A DNA stretch of 62,569 nucleotides, the filler included, from Nemertoderma westbladi (taxonomy: Eukaryota; Animalia; Xenacoelomorpha), in the NCBI GenBank assembly GCA_032718475.1. It is 3 parts of 3 records of this genome, joined end to end, with 100 filler letters (N's around TTAATTAATTAA, not from the genome) between each part and the next. Parts side by side here need not be neighbours in the genome. Positions count along the whole stretch, not along the records: positions 20,009 to 46,280 come from JAUCBJ010007185.1; 2 more parts are not named here. The stretch is one strand, 5' to 3'. Positions 26,339 through 39,100 of this stretch are shown here, in pieces. Position 1 is the stretch's first letter, and each line of letters begins with the position of its first letter. Under the pieces are notes generated by a model. That model was not told where the DNA came from, made no database searches, and worked only from the letters and a program-made list of their open reading frames with translations. Position numbers and translations under genes: made by a program.

Positions 26339-27025
26339 ATGTATATAATTAAATGTATAATAGTTGGTGAACATTCGGTTGGTAAGAAGTTATTCTTAAA
26401 TTGCGGCGTCACAAAGAGTATTACTGGATTACAACCCCTTTCTACTACTCGAGATCCTGACAAGGCAGGTTGGAGATCTGATACATTACGTTTAAAACCC
26501 AACGTTATTCATTTAATATCCAACGAAAGTGGTTCATACGAAAACTCTCGTTGGGATTCATCCTCGTCAGGGTCGCTCATCAATGGACTCCCTTACAAGA
26601 TAATATGTCATATCTATGATGGACGCCCAAGTGAAACTCTTGGGGGCGAAAACGACGACGAGGTTGCGTCTACTGTATGTGTTATTTGTTTCTCTGTGGT
26701 GCAACCGGTCTCCTTTCATCGTGTCAAATCATTCTGGGCCAGGAAAATGAAAATACTTTTGCCAGGCGTTCCCATTTTATTACTAGGTACCAAGATCGAC
26801 CTAAGAGGGAATTCCAATAATCAGAGGAATTTGAATGAAGCACCTCACATTCCTGTATCGCGGAAAGATGGAGAGAAATTGGCTAAGCAAATCGGAGCAA
26901 AAAAGTACATGGAATGCAGTGCCCTAACTGGAGAAGGGGTAATTGATGCTTTTCAAGAAGTAGTGAAAGAAAGTTTTTTAACTGTGGACCTTCTTCAATC
27001 ATGCTGTAAATGTTGTATATGTTAA
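26339..27025 (+). CDS. Intronless atypical Rho-family small GTPase (228 aa)
   Basis: IKCIIVGEHSVGK, VICFSVVQPVSF..V...W, PGVPILLLGTKIDLR, Rho insert, GEKLAKQIGAKKYMECSALTGEGV, Cys-rich C-terminus; no DTAGQ. Confidence 0.85.
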   Translation: MYIIKCIIVGEHSVGKKLFLNCGVTKSITGLQPLSTTRDPDKAGWRSDTLRLKPNVIHLISNESGSYENSRWDSSSSGSLINGLPYKIICHIYDGRPSETLGGENDDEVASTVCVICFSVVQPVSFHRVKSFWARKMKILLPGVPILLLGTKIDLRGNSNNQRNLNEAPHIPVSRKDGEKLAKQIGAKKYMECSALTGEGVIDAFQEVVKESFLTVDLLQSCCKCCIC

Positions 27026-27087
27026 TTAAGGAAAATAAGAATACAATATTTTCGTACACTACAGAACAATAGGCCTACTGTACAATA

Positions 27088-28770
27088 CGGCCCTTACATA
27101 CCAAAACCGTCTAAGTCAATTTTTTTTCGAAAAATTACATCTGCATATATTGGGAATCAGAAATACGAGGCGCATCTTTCTAGCCAAGTCTTAAGAAGTA
27201 ATTATGAAGTCCTAAGGAGTTATATTTTTGCCAAAACCGTCTATCTCAACTTCTGTCTATCATAGTAAATCCCAAAACCATGTATCTTTACTTGGATTGA
27301 TTTGGGATTAAACACTAAGTTTGGATTTTTGGTTTCCTTTATGCGGAAACCGTCTATCTGTGTATTCTATATATCTGTGTATTCTGTCTAGTTGTATTCG
27401 GTTGGATTTAATATCTAATAATTATTTATTTTTCTATTTGCCAAAACAGTATCTCTTCTACTGTATGATTTACAATACAATAATGATACTGTTAACTTGC
27501 CGCATTGCCTAGAATTATGCTTTTACAAGTACCTAGTTTTACTAGTTTCCTAAAATTTAATCGGTTATTCAAAATGGCAAACACATTAATTTTCGTGGGT
27601 GCTTTCTGGCACCCAAGACCACTATTTCTCGCGCTAAAATTTTCAAACCTTTTATGGCTAACTAAAATAAATTTATTTGCGGTATATCGCGTTTTTGGAT
27701 GTTGACGACGATAGTAGTTCTCAAATATAACATTCGAGAAAATTTTTGTAATTTTGAATATGCCCCCTGGGGCAGGAAAAAAACAAGTAGATCAAACATG
27801 ATAATCAAAACCAGCATGAAATCAAGCCAATTTTAAGACCTTTATTGTGATTTTTTATTTGATTTTTTGGATGCTGATCACGAATATGATACTGGAATAT
27901 ATCGTACCTTGTTGATTACGGTATTTTCGGATATGTGTCAATGTGTGGCACGAAAAATATAAGTATAGAAGAAATTTGTTAATAAAAAATCATTACTAAA
28001 TCTTAACCTACTAACTAACATACTAAACCTTATTTTATGAGACTGAGACGCTGATCACGAATATGAGACTCAAAAATATCGTAATATACAACCAAAATAA
28101 ATTTGTTGTCTTTGTAAGTTTTATGCTACTACTGTATGTACAATTGCATTTTTCGTCCCACCAGAAAAGCACTAAAAACGATAGTTGCGTTTCCACTAAA
28201 GGTTATTAATGAGTTGTATCGTGATCAGCGACCTTGAAAACCAGTATTGCTTCAGAATTACCCAAACAAAGGCACAATTTAACAGTTTGAAATTTTTGCT
28301 ACTTCTAATTTTCATCCTGGGGCATCAGAATGGCACAAAAAATGACGTTTGACTTACCAGAAATATTTTTAACAAGTTTCATCTTTATCAGCGATTCATA
28401 GCCGGGCCAGATAGGGTTTATATGTGAGATATAGTCTGATTTGGCATGTAAGAATGCCTAGAACTTCAGGTTAAACAAAAAAATTTATACATGGCAAAAC
28501 AGAATATATCTGAGATAGACGGTTTTGGCATACAAGTGTCTATCAAAACAAAAAAGCAAATACGCTCTATCTCACATTGCACTATGTAGATCGAAGTTTC
28601 AGTTAAAAATATGCAGTTCAAAGAATTCTATGACTATAACTTACCTAAAGAGATAATTTCACAGGATTTCCACCAATCAGGAATCAAATGATACCAGGCC
28701 TGGTATGTATTTTGCGTTTTTCTCAAAACTATGTAAAAATTAATTAGACGGTTTTGGCATTTAAGGGCCG
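27088..28770. mobile_element. Non-autonomous DNA transposon with 4-bp TSD (Sola-like)
   Basis: TIR cggcccttacataccaaaaccgtctaa / ttagacggttttggcatttaagggccg; AATA on both sides; repeated aaaaccgtcta subterminal motif. Confidence 0.8.
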
Positions 28771-29279
28771 AATACAATAAATGTTGAGTGTTGGTTATCT
28801 ATGTGGGACGAGCGGAGCTTTAGCGAACTAATACTGAGTCTATACTAAGTCTTTATTACTACTTTTAAAAGTTCTACAAGCTCATGTAGTAAATTTATTT
28901 TATTCCAAAATTGTAACACTACTCAACGCTGTTAGTATTAACAGCGAGTTGTTATTTAGCACTTTACAACGTTTTGAGGACATTACAGCATTGTTGGCCT
29001 GTATATTTAGTATTGTACTGTATTTGGTGTTATCCGTTAAGTAATGTCCCGTTAGTGGACATTACTTAACGCCGGCATTGGTTACCACGTAAACAATAGG
29101 TGGAAATTTGCCTGACAGCCAGATAGGCCTACTGCATTACTTACCGGTAGGCGGGGTATAGCTATTAATAACCAGTAGGGCCTAGCTATATTATTATAAT
29201 ATGGCTCCAAACGCCACCATAAATATAAGCTAACATATTTATAACATAATTTATGTCATTATTACATTTATTTATACAG

Positions 29280-29517
29280 CAACAATTTTAATTTGTGCAG
29301 TTTCTATCACTTATAATATATATACAATCATTTCGTAATGTTAAAATTTTGGAATATAAGTATATACATACTGTACTTGTTGCAAAGTACTTTACAGTGT
29401 TCTGATCCTCGTGGCTTTATTTTCACTCACTCACTAACGTTCGTTCGTGTAACAAAGCCACTCGGATCATCACATTGTAAAGTGCTACTTTACACACAAG
29501 TATGTAAATAGTTATTA
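29280..29517. mobile_element. Hairpin-bearing repeat end (Crypton-like); second copy 31420-31641
   Basis: Two diverged direct copies with a long stem-loop; this copy ends aatagttatta. Confidence 0.5.
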
Positions 29518-31630
29518 CAGCCATCCCTACTATAAAATTTTTAAAAAGTTACTAGAAAGGCCAGATGTCTCAATAATGACAGATGGGTAAATTAATACCA
29601 ATAAAGGCAACATTTCTATTTCTGAAGCCAAAATATTCTGGAAATATGTCTAAGTAGATAAGTGAAGAATAAAAGCATACTAAAAATACATACTTTTATA
29701 ATTTTCTTTATAATTTAAATGTAAAATAAACTTATAAAAAGATCTGGGAGGGGGAAAGGGAGGGGGGGGGGGGGGGGGGGGTGTTGGAGCTACCAAGTTA
29801 CAAAAACTGAATTTTTGCAAAATGAAACTTTGCCGATTCTAGACTAAAATTTGATCCCGCATCTGAATCTGAAACACATTTATTCTTATCTTATCTTACT
29901 TTTATTTCGAATTACAGGTAATTTTGCATAGACAGATTGTGGTGAAATTTAGAAATTTTTATGCTATGGTTGTGACATATAATTTCGAATTACTTTTGGA
30001 TTTCTGTGTTGGAAAGTTAGAAACAAATATTTCGATTGTTCTTGTTTTACATAAACAAGATTTTTGGTATCTATAATTTGCACTGCCTGCTCTACCGCTC
30101 TACGGCATATTTGGTAGGGAAAGAAAGTAACATTATGTACAGAACTAAGTAGAGAAAGTAACTTTTATGTACAGAAGTAACTAATATGTATAAGTAAATA
30201 ATGTAACTGTTGAGAAAGTATGTAGAGTATAATAACTCTATCATGTGGAAGCAGGATACATTTACTGTGTAGTGACTACCGGTGAGTACAGGAGGACTGA
30301 ATCATAAGTTCAGTAGTTGTTTACGTGAAACTGTTATGTACTAATCACTGAAATTAATATAGCGCCGAGCCGTCGTTGTATAGCAAACATACCATTTTCT
30401 GATATCATTAAACTGTAGAGCCGTATGTAAAGCTGCCACCATACAAGTTTGTTATGCTGTAACAGTTGTAGTACAACGCATGCACTGCACAGTCGCACAA
30501 GTAAATAATCAGGCAGGAGCAGGACTGACATTTAGATTCCCCCTAGTAATTCCTCATAAAAAATATATTCTAATAAAACGAAGAAGACCACCTACACCTT
30601 AGTACAAATACCCCAAAGCTAAATTCATATTTGTATTACTTTTTTACGTTCCTCGAAATAATACTTGCTTCTCAGCTGTGTAGGCCTACTGTACTTTATA
30701 GCCCTATAAAATCCGGATCCCGGACGCATTATTGCTTAGGGAAGACTTCTTGTATAGATACAATAATATTGCAACTTTTATAGATTAGATTTTTACATAT
30801 TAGGATTATATATTGTAGTTACATGTAAATTACATATAATATTGTTATTGTGTTATTGGACACCGGTTTATGGATAATTTGTTCTGATTTTAATACTACT
30901 AATACACTAAAAATATAGCCATGATGTTCGACATAGCACGGTCTATAATGCTATGATACATTGGTCTTGCAATGTCCCAGCCTAAATTACCGAACATTAA
31001 AGAACCTGTCTACCTAATTACAGCTATTTTGAATGTCCAGAATATATATTATTTTAATTATAACATTGAGGCGGGATATTAATTCGCCGAGATGGGATTT
31101 GCGTCGAGTTTTCCCCCCCTGTCTCATTTACTTATAGAATATGGGTTTAGCTTTCGTGCAGTTATTTCCGGTATCATTTAGTGTATGGCGTTTAGGTTTA
31201 GGGTTAGGCGATACATACACCTGTATGTTGCTCATGTTATTATATTTGTTTTTGTTTGCTGTTTATTTGTTTGTTTTGATTGTGTCCTTTGATGGCCCTA
31301 GGGCTGAGTACTATTTTGGGCTTAATGTCCTGATTCTATATTTTTTGTAGTTTATGGGGTGTAAGACTCTTGTGTTTACTTTTAAGTTTACTGTATGTCT
31401 ATTTTGACATTTATTTATACAACAACTAATTTAATTTGTGCAGTTTCTATCATTTATAATACATATAAGGTAATTTCGTAATGTTGCGATTTTGGAATAA
31501 AACTAAATTTTGCAAAGTACTTTACAGTGTCCTGGTCGTCGTGACTTTATTTTCACCTACTCACTACGTTCGTTCGTGTACCAAAGCACTCGGTTCATCA
31601 CACTGTAAAGTACTACTTTACACAAGTATG

Positions 31631-32404
31631 TAATAACTATTTACATCATTGTGTGCAAAGTAGCACTTTGCAGCGTTACGACCCGAGTTTATTTATGTAC
31701 CGAGCGAGCGCAGCGAGGGAGGTCTGCATAAATAAACAAGGGTCTTTAACAATGATGTTTGTAATTATTACATTATGTCAATTTAACAGCGTATACGAAG
31801 AAAGGATTTTATGGATGCTCTTTTATAAATTTTAATCAGGTACTATTTCAAATATAAGTGAAATTTATTAGAAGGTACACTGGTACACAGTATTAATTAT
31901 ACATTTAAATCAAATTAAAGTTTATTGGAAGTTATCTCCTGCATGGATGTGATAAATCTTTGATCCATCGTCGACTGAAGCAAACTGAGTCACCGTCTGT
32001 GTCAGTTCAGTTTCACTGAACCTGTCGCCATATTTTCTTTGGTCATTTTCTCTAAAATGTCTTCTATATGACGTTTCGACATATGTACTGTAATACAATC
32101 TTATACGTTAAAGAATAAATTATTATTAAAACATAGAGTAGCTACTCTATGCTAACATAGAGTCACCGCAAACTGGACGCACGCATTATACAAACACATG
32201 CTGCTTTATTGAATAAAGCAGAAGGCATTAATATAAATGGAAATAATACATTCTGAATACGGTAATTGAAGTTGTTTCCATGTCATTGATTACTTTGCAG
32301 CGTTCCGATCTATAGGCCGCAACGCTGCGAAGTAGAACTTTGCAGCGTTACGAGTAATTCACCAGAACGCTGTTAAGTTGACATAATGTAACAAATAGTT
32401 ATTA
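31631..32404. mobile_element. Crypton-like non-autonomous element
   Basis: Inverted termini taataactatt / aatagttatta; internal direct repeats actttgcagcgtt; cgagcgagcgcagcgag motif. Confidence 0.5.
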
Positions 32405-32605
32405 CAAAAATAAATTTAGAACATTACTATTAGAACACTAGTATACTAATATTAATTATGAATATTTGAAATACAATCATTGAAAGTTGAATGTAAATTG
32501 AGCACCACTAGCTACAGTACCACTTAATCTTTCTTTAAAATTTTCCCTTTTGAACTAGAAGTATCAAAGATATCGCAAATTTGATGTCAGTTATGCACCA
32601 TTGTG

Positions 32606-33520
32606 TACACCATGTCCTGGAATATAGTGTCGTTATTCAGGTACCTTGCCCCCCCCCCCCCCCCCTCCTTCCCCCCAAATTTTTCTACAAATCTTAATAA
32701 GATAGCATGAAATATGAATCAGAGATAGTTTCACCTCCTCCTCCGTGGATGAGCCAGAGATTTTATTTTTGCAGTAGCTACAAGTATTTGTAAAATGTGT
32801 CTCCGGCGATACTTCACAGGTCACAGTGCAATCATTCTTCAACCTTATTGTGATTTGTAGGTACCAATAGAAAGCGGCCCATGGAAGGATTCCAAATATG
32901 TAAAAACATTTGAATTTGGTTAGGAAATACCTGAGATATTGGCGTTCGAATGTTGCTTGTATTTACTTCCCCTGCCGGCCATTTATTTTATTTAATAAAT
33001 AGACCATGGTTCTAGAACATTTTGTTTATTCCATACGTAGCTGGACAACAATGCAATTATTAATTATTAATTACACTATTACGTAGCTATTCATAAGTAA
33101 ACAAAATGTTCTAGAATATGGTATTTTTATTTAATAGAATAAAATAGCCTCATGCAGATGAAAAACCATGCAACCTTTGAACGCTCGTATCTCAGCTATT
33201 TTTCAACGAAATTTAGATTATGTTACATATTATTTGGCATCCTTACATGGCCAGCTTTACATCAGTACCAACAAATCCCTATAAGGTTGAAGAATAACTG
33301 GAGTGTAACTGGTAAATATCACCGGAGTCACCTTTTTTAACGTTTGTAGATAAAGATTGAAAGCAAAAATAAAAATTCTGGCTCACCCAGTAAGGAGGAG
33401 GAAGGTGAAACTATCTCTGTTTCAAATTTCATGCAATCTCATTAAGATTTGTAGAAAAATTTGGGGGGGGGGGGGGGGGGTGTCACTGAATAACGACACT
33501 ATATTCCACGACTTGGTGTA
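32606..33520. mobile_element. MITE with long imperfect TIRs (TACACC...GGTGTA)
   Basis: Arms complementary for >150 bp; solo ends of the same family at ~14270-14360 and ~34768-34830. Confidence 0.8.
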
Positions 33521-34089
33521 ATTAAATAATACGAGCTACTACATATAGCCTACCATTGGTAGTTTTACTTTGTTAGTGAAGGTGATATTCCAGAAAATTA
33601 ATCAAATAATCTTACCAACTAGCTACAAATCAAAAATCATACAATTAAACATTTTAAGGCTAATTTTATTATAAATTACAAACGTAATTACTGATCTAGA
33701 ATAAATAATGCGAAATCAACAGAATAAACTTCTAGATAGTTGATTGGATAAAATATTTTATTATCGTCATTTTTGAAAGATTGATAGGATAATTAATTAA
33801 TTGTCCCCAAATGTGGACTTTGTCCGCAATTTGGCGGACAATAACATATTTGAATGTCCTCATCAGAGAAATCGTTAATCGAGTTTCATTGCAAACTTTA
33901 CAAGGTTAGCAATTTATACCCCAATTTGGCGATAGCAATTTGGCGGACAATAAAGGGGATATTTTAAAAAAAATATATTTATTTTTTATCAAAAATGGAA
34001 AATAAAAGTTTCACATCGGAAAGATAATTCCGTAGAAAATATTTTTAAATTCACTGTTTAGTTTTAAATTAGTTTGTAAATATTGAGAA

Positions 34090-35302
34090 TTACATAAAAC
34101 TAGCCAGTCGGCCAGAAGTGAACCTGTCCCAAGCCCCTTGAGTGTTTGTGGGCTTCGGTAAATCCTTACTTAACTCTCCTATTAATCGCAACGGGTCCTC
34201 TCTCAGCGTAACGAATTCATCGACCCGTCTGTCTATCGACTCCGACTGTAACCGTAGCAACGCGCTGTTTATGTAACGCTTTCGACGTTCGTTCCCCTCG
34301 AGGTAACCATGGTAACGTCGACAATAATAACAGGAGGTTGGCTGGTGGATGTGTACGTGGGAGGCCGTCTCGTATTTAGTTTTTAGGTTGGCGAGTTTTA
34401 TTCGTTCTATTAGCATTGGATTGATGCCGATATCCTGGGAGCTGGTTACCCGGGAGACGGGATGTCTGGTGACATCGTCGTCTTTAAATCTATCCAGTTT
34501 CGCGTGAAGATTGTCTAACTTGTCGTAGAGAACTTGAATCTTTTAAATTAATAAAGATTTCGTTAATAAATACTTTAAGTTTAATATGAGAAATACAGTA
34601 TTGATGATACATTATAAATGAATATGAATATCACTAAAAAGTGACAATCCAACTCTGTACTGTGTGTACACATGTGTGTACTATCGGGAGAATCTAATAT
34701 ATATTAATTAATATAATTTTTTACACCATGACCAGTAATTATTACGCGTCATATAATATGACATAAATACACCATGTCCCGTAATATAGTGCTATTTTCT
34801 GATGACACGGAACCCCCCCCCCCCCCCCCCCCATATTTATATATTAATTGTATCATATTGAGAATAATCTGTATTGGTGTGGTATTATGAAGAATACCAC
34901 GATACGGAAGGTGTGATTTCGCAAGACACTTTTTAAAACGCTTATAAAAAATTTAAAGATATAATAGAAAATTCTGGCATCAAGGGTACACCGAATAATA
35001 ATAAAATAAATATTATAAATTAATTTACCGTACAGTACCTTTTTTGAACAAAATACATCCCTTGCTGGAGTCTCTATGACCTCTTTGTAAGCGTTGGGCG
35101 GTCTATATAGCGGCAGGGCTTGTAGATACTGTATCTTGGAGCGGAGGTATGCGCTGCGTACGGGAGCCGTGTAAACAGCAGTAGGATTGGGTCTGCGCGC
35201 GTCGTCACAGAGGGTGCTGTTACGGAAAGATGAACCCATCGCTGCCTGCGGCGAGTTAAAGTCAACGGAAGATTCGAAGGACTCCGAATAAGAATTTGAA
35301 CT
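34090..35302 (-). CDS. C8orf48/DUF4606-like protein; exons 35302-35039 and 34539-34090 (5' exon uncertain)
   Basis: Phase-0 GT-AG join FCSKK|IQVL gives 237 open codons; recalled family-like motifs PMLIERIKLAN, HQPTSCYYC, LIGELSKDLPKP..W. Confidence 0.6.
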
Positions 35303-35359
35303 CTAAACAAAAAGCGATTAAACTTACGAACAATCCGTACCGTAACACCAGATAGTTCA

Positions 35360-35666
35360 GTGTTGGGTTGGTCTCAATATCCCCAGCCAGAGACAGTAGA
35401 CAGAGTTTAGCGATTAGGCCTCTAGATCGTGGAGAGGAGACCCAAGATCTTCTTCCCCGACGAGAGCAGTAGAGGCTAAATCCACTCGTCGACCACATCT
35501 CCGTCGATTCGGCGCGGCAGTTCGAAACGGTAGCGACAGGGTGTTCCGCAAACCAGTCCAATACGGGTATTGGGTGGGTTGCAGGGTTACCCCGCGGATC
35601 GGATGGTTCTGCCACAACGAAACGACCCAGAACGATGAAAACTGTGGAGATTAAGAGCGGGGACAT
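35360..35666 (-). other. ORF with truncated 2A-like motif, probably a LINE 5' fragment
   Basis: LCLLSLAGDIETNP-T versus consensus GD(V/I)ExNPGP. Confidence 0.5.
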
Positions 35667-36229
35667 TGTGCTGTCTGGCTGTAGTCTGACTCAGGGATAA
35701 AAACTGTACATGAATTAAAAGTAAATTATTTAAATCAACTAAGGGTTGGCTACTCGATGAGGACATTGTTTTTGGATTTCATGTTTAACAATCATTTTAT
35801 ATTTGTTGTCCTCATTGTTTTTTCTGTGTTTCATCGTGAGTAATTACATTTTTTTATTCAGTATAGAATTCTAGAATAATTTTTTAATTATCCAATGGCT
35901 CAATAAGTTGCCCTCCTTGTGTGAAAACATGGAGATACGATTTATGTCGACGACATTGCCTTCAATAAGATATGTCAGCAATATGATTTATATTTCTATG
36001 GGGTGTTATAAATAAGTAAAATCATAATAAAATAAAATATAATCATGCTGTTTTTAATTTCACTACCGGTAAATTGCGTACCTGTGTTGAAGAGGTCCAT
36101 TACTTAGGAGAACATTAAAGCTCTCATTTTTATCGGTGACTCAGACCTTATGAACAAGCGCAGTCATATCTCTATGGTAACTACTTTTTGTATTGTCTTC
36201 CTAAGTTTTTGATGCAGTTTATTTTCATA

Positions 36230-37484
36230 TAAACACAGTATCTTATTAAATACTCTGGAACATGAGATCGGCATTGCAAGGACAGCACTAGATTGGTTTC
36301 GATCCTACTTGTTGGGCCGCTCACAACAAGTACGCATTAACAACTCATATTCTCAACCTCAGCAATTAAGATACGGCCTCCCACAAGGATCAGTACTTGG
36401 CCCAATACTATTTACTATTTATACACGTTCACTCGCAAATGTGATAAGGAAATACGGACTGTCCCTACATCTCTACGCAGATGATACTCAAATATACATA
36501 ACATTTAAGAAATCAAACCTGAATGATGCAGTGGATATCACTGAAAAGTGCCTTTCCGAAGTTCGAGCATGGATGGACTCACATCTTTTAAAGATGAACT
36601 CAGATAAGACTAAAGTGGTCATGCTGCAGTCGCAATTCGGTAAACAAGTTGAATCCCCGCACGTGATAATCGGTTCCGAGACTATTGGTTGTAGCGCAAC
36701 TGCGCGTAATATCGGTGTTGAAATCGATTCTCATCTGACACTCCGCAAGCACATTGGAATTACTGTCAGAGAAGCATTCTATCACCTCAGGAACCTTGGA
36801 AAAATTAAGCGCTATTTATCCAAAGATAATCTTGAGATTTTGATTCATGCGCTTGTCACAAGTAAATTGGACAACTGCAACTCCCTTTATTACGGTCTTC
36901 CGACTGATTCCATTAAAAAGCTACAATATGTGCAGAACTGTGCGGCGCGTCTTTTAGTTGGTCTCAAGAAAAGTGACAGGCAACGAATGACCCCTGTACT
37001 AATGCGACTACATTGGCTTCCAGTGCAACGTCGGATAGACTATAAAATTGCTATGATTACCTACAAGTGTCTGAATGGAACAGCACCAGTATATCTGCGA
37101 GATCTACTGTCACCCTACACGCCCTCCCGGTCACTGAAGTCATCCCACTACGAACTGCTGGTGATCCCTAGATTCAACATGGTGCACTACGGCAAGCGCG
37201 CTTTCTCAGTTGCTGCCCCGACTATTTGGAACAAACTGCCAATCAACGTTCGACAATCACCAACCATCGCGGTTTTTAAGTCGAGGCTAAAAACACACTA
37301 CTTCCACCTGGAGTACGAGTAAATCTGCATAATCATGTTCACACGATGTTATCAATGTCCGTTTTTAATTAAACTGTTTTTATCTAATTTTTTAGCAATC
37401 CTACATTTTAACAGTGCCATGCGCCTTGCTCTTAATTTAGGAAAGGCGCTATATAAATATTTTAATTATTATTATTATTATTAT
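36230..37484 (+). mobile_element. 5'-truncated L2/CR1-group LINE with open RT end (ORF 36309-37322)
   Basis: GLPQGSVLGPILF, LYADDTQIY, LDNCNSL, LHWLPV, AFSVAAPTIWNKLP; (ATT)n tail. Confidence 0.92.
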
Positions 37485-37540
37485 ATAGTTACTCATTATT
37501 GATTTTTGGTTTCTGAAATATGTTCACTATTGTTTTAAAA

Positions 37541-37696
37541 AGCTGAAGGTTTCATAAAGCACCGCTTTTAATAGCTGAAGGTTTCATAAAGCACCGCTTT
37601 TAATAGCTGAAGGTTTCATAAAGCACCGCTTTTAATAGCTGAAGGTTTCATATAGCACCGCTTTTAATAGCTGAAGGTTTCATATAGCACCGCTTT
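37541..37696. repeat. 32-bp tandem repeat x5
   Basis: agctgaaggtttcataaagcaccgcttttaat units. Confidence 0.95.
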
Positions 37697-39100
37697 CGTC
37701 TGTTTTTCAATTACTTTTCTAGAGGTGATGTTTGTTTGTACACAATAAGGAATATACATTAAAGTCTGTTTGAACTCAAACATTTATAATATTATAAAGG
37801 CATTTATTCATCTCTAGAATTCAAAAAAACTTATTACACTTGATATTTAATATAGATGGGGAAGTAGTAATGTGTTATATAATGGATAAATAAGTTAGTT
37901 TTAACAGCAGACCAATACCGAAATAGTTTAATTTGGTTTTTAATATAATTGCCAATTGAATTTGGCAACCCATCTTTTATCAATTTCTTCCACACAAACT
38001 TCAGTTACTTCTAGCAATTTATTTAAGGTACCATCTGTCATCTCATAATTACATAACTTACATGAAGGAGCATGTAATTTCATTCGGAAATTGAAAGATT
38101 AAAATTAAAGATTAAAAGAAAAGGTCATCCTCCTGTGGAAAGGGTGTTTCTCACCAGAATCCCTCCGTGTTTGTCTCGTCTTTACAGCAGTGCAGTCACG
38201 TTCGCCAAAAACGATAGGGACTGATTCAGTCAACTTATTCCTCCGCTCCCACCCCATAACTCTGGTTTCTCTAGACTCATGTGTTGTGTGGAAGGAAGAA
38301 GGGTTCTCCTAGAATATAGCACGGTTGCGCTATATTCGCGGAAAACTTGATATTCGTATCATATCGAATTGATTTGAATGTATAATTTACCTAATATATT
38401 TATAGAAATTGCACTAAATTTAATATAGTTGATGGTAAGTAGGACACGAATAGTATTAAAATCCTAGTAGAAATAGTGTGTCCGACCCTGACTGGTGCTT
38501 TAAATTATGTGATATTAAAGTAAGTAGTACACTACATTTAATGAGAAAGAGGTTAATCCCCAGCAGACAACCCGACCAATTCCGCAACCCAGTAAGTGTC
38601 CAGCGCAACCGTTATCTGTAGCTGATGCATATCCGCAGCCTCTTTATTATTAAGAAGTGAAAAATTTTAGATTTTTAATAAAGGATTTTCGGATAACGCA
38701 AATATTAGTAGTTCATCCTAGTCCAATCTCACTCTCGGTGAGTTTTTTACTGTGTTATCCAATACTAATCTTAACTACTCCCAGGGAGCGCTAATAGGCT
38801 ACCACTGTACTGCTTCAGTCTGTAGGTATATGTCATGGGAATCCGCCTCCCTCAACCTCTGTTGTTTATACCAGTTGATCTACCTGCAGACGTGTGCAGT
38901 TGTACAAGAGTCCTAAATCCAATGATGTGTCTTATAGACAATAACTGAATTCCCCCTGGCCATAAAAGTCACCCGCCTTAAAAAATGATATATTCTCTAT
39001 ATACGTAATTATATGATATTTTCATTTTCGAGTAAAAGTTATATTTAAAAATTAAATAAACCCCCCTGTGCGAAATTATTGACTTCCTTGTGACTTTCAG

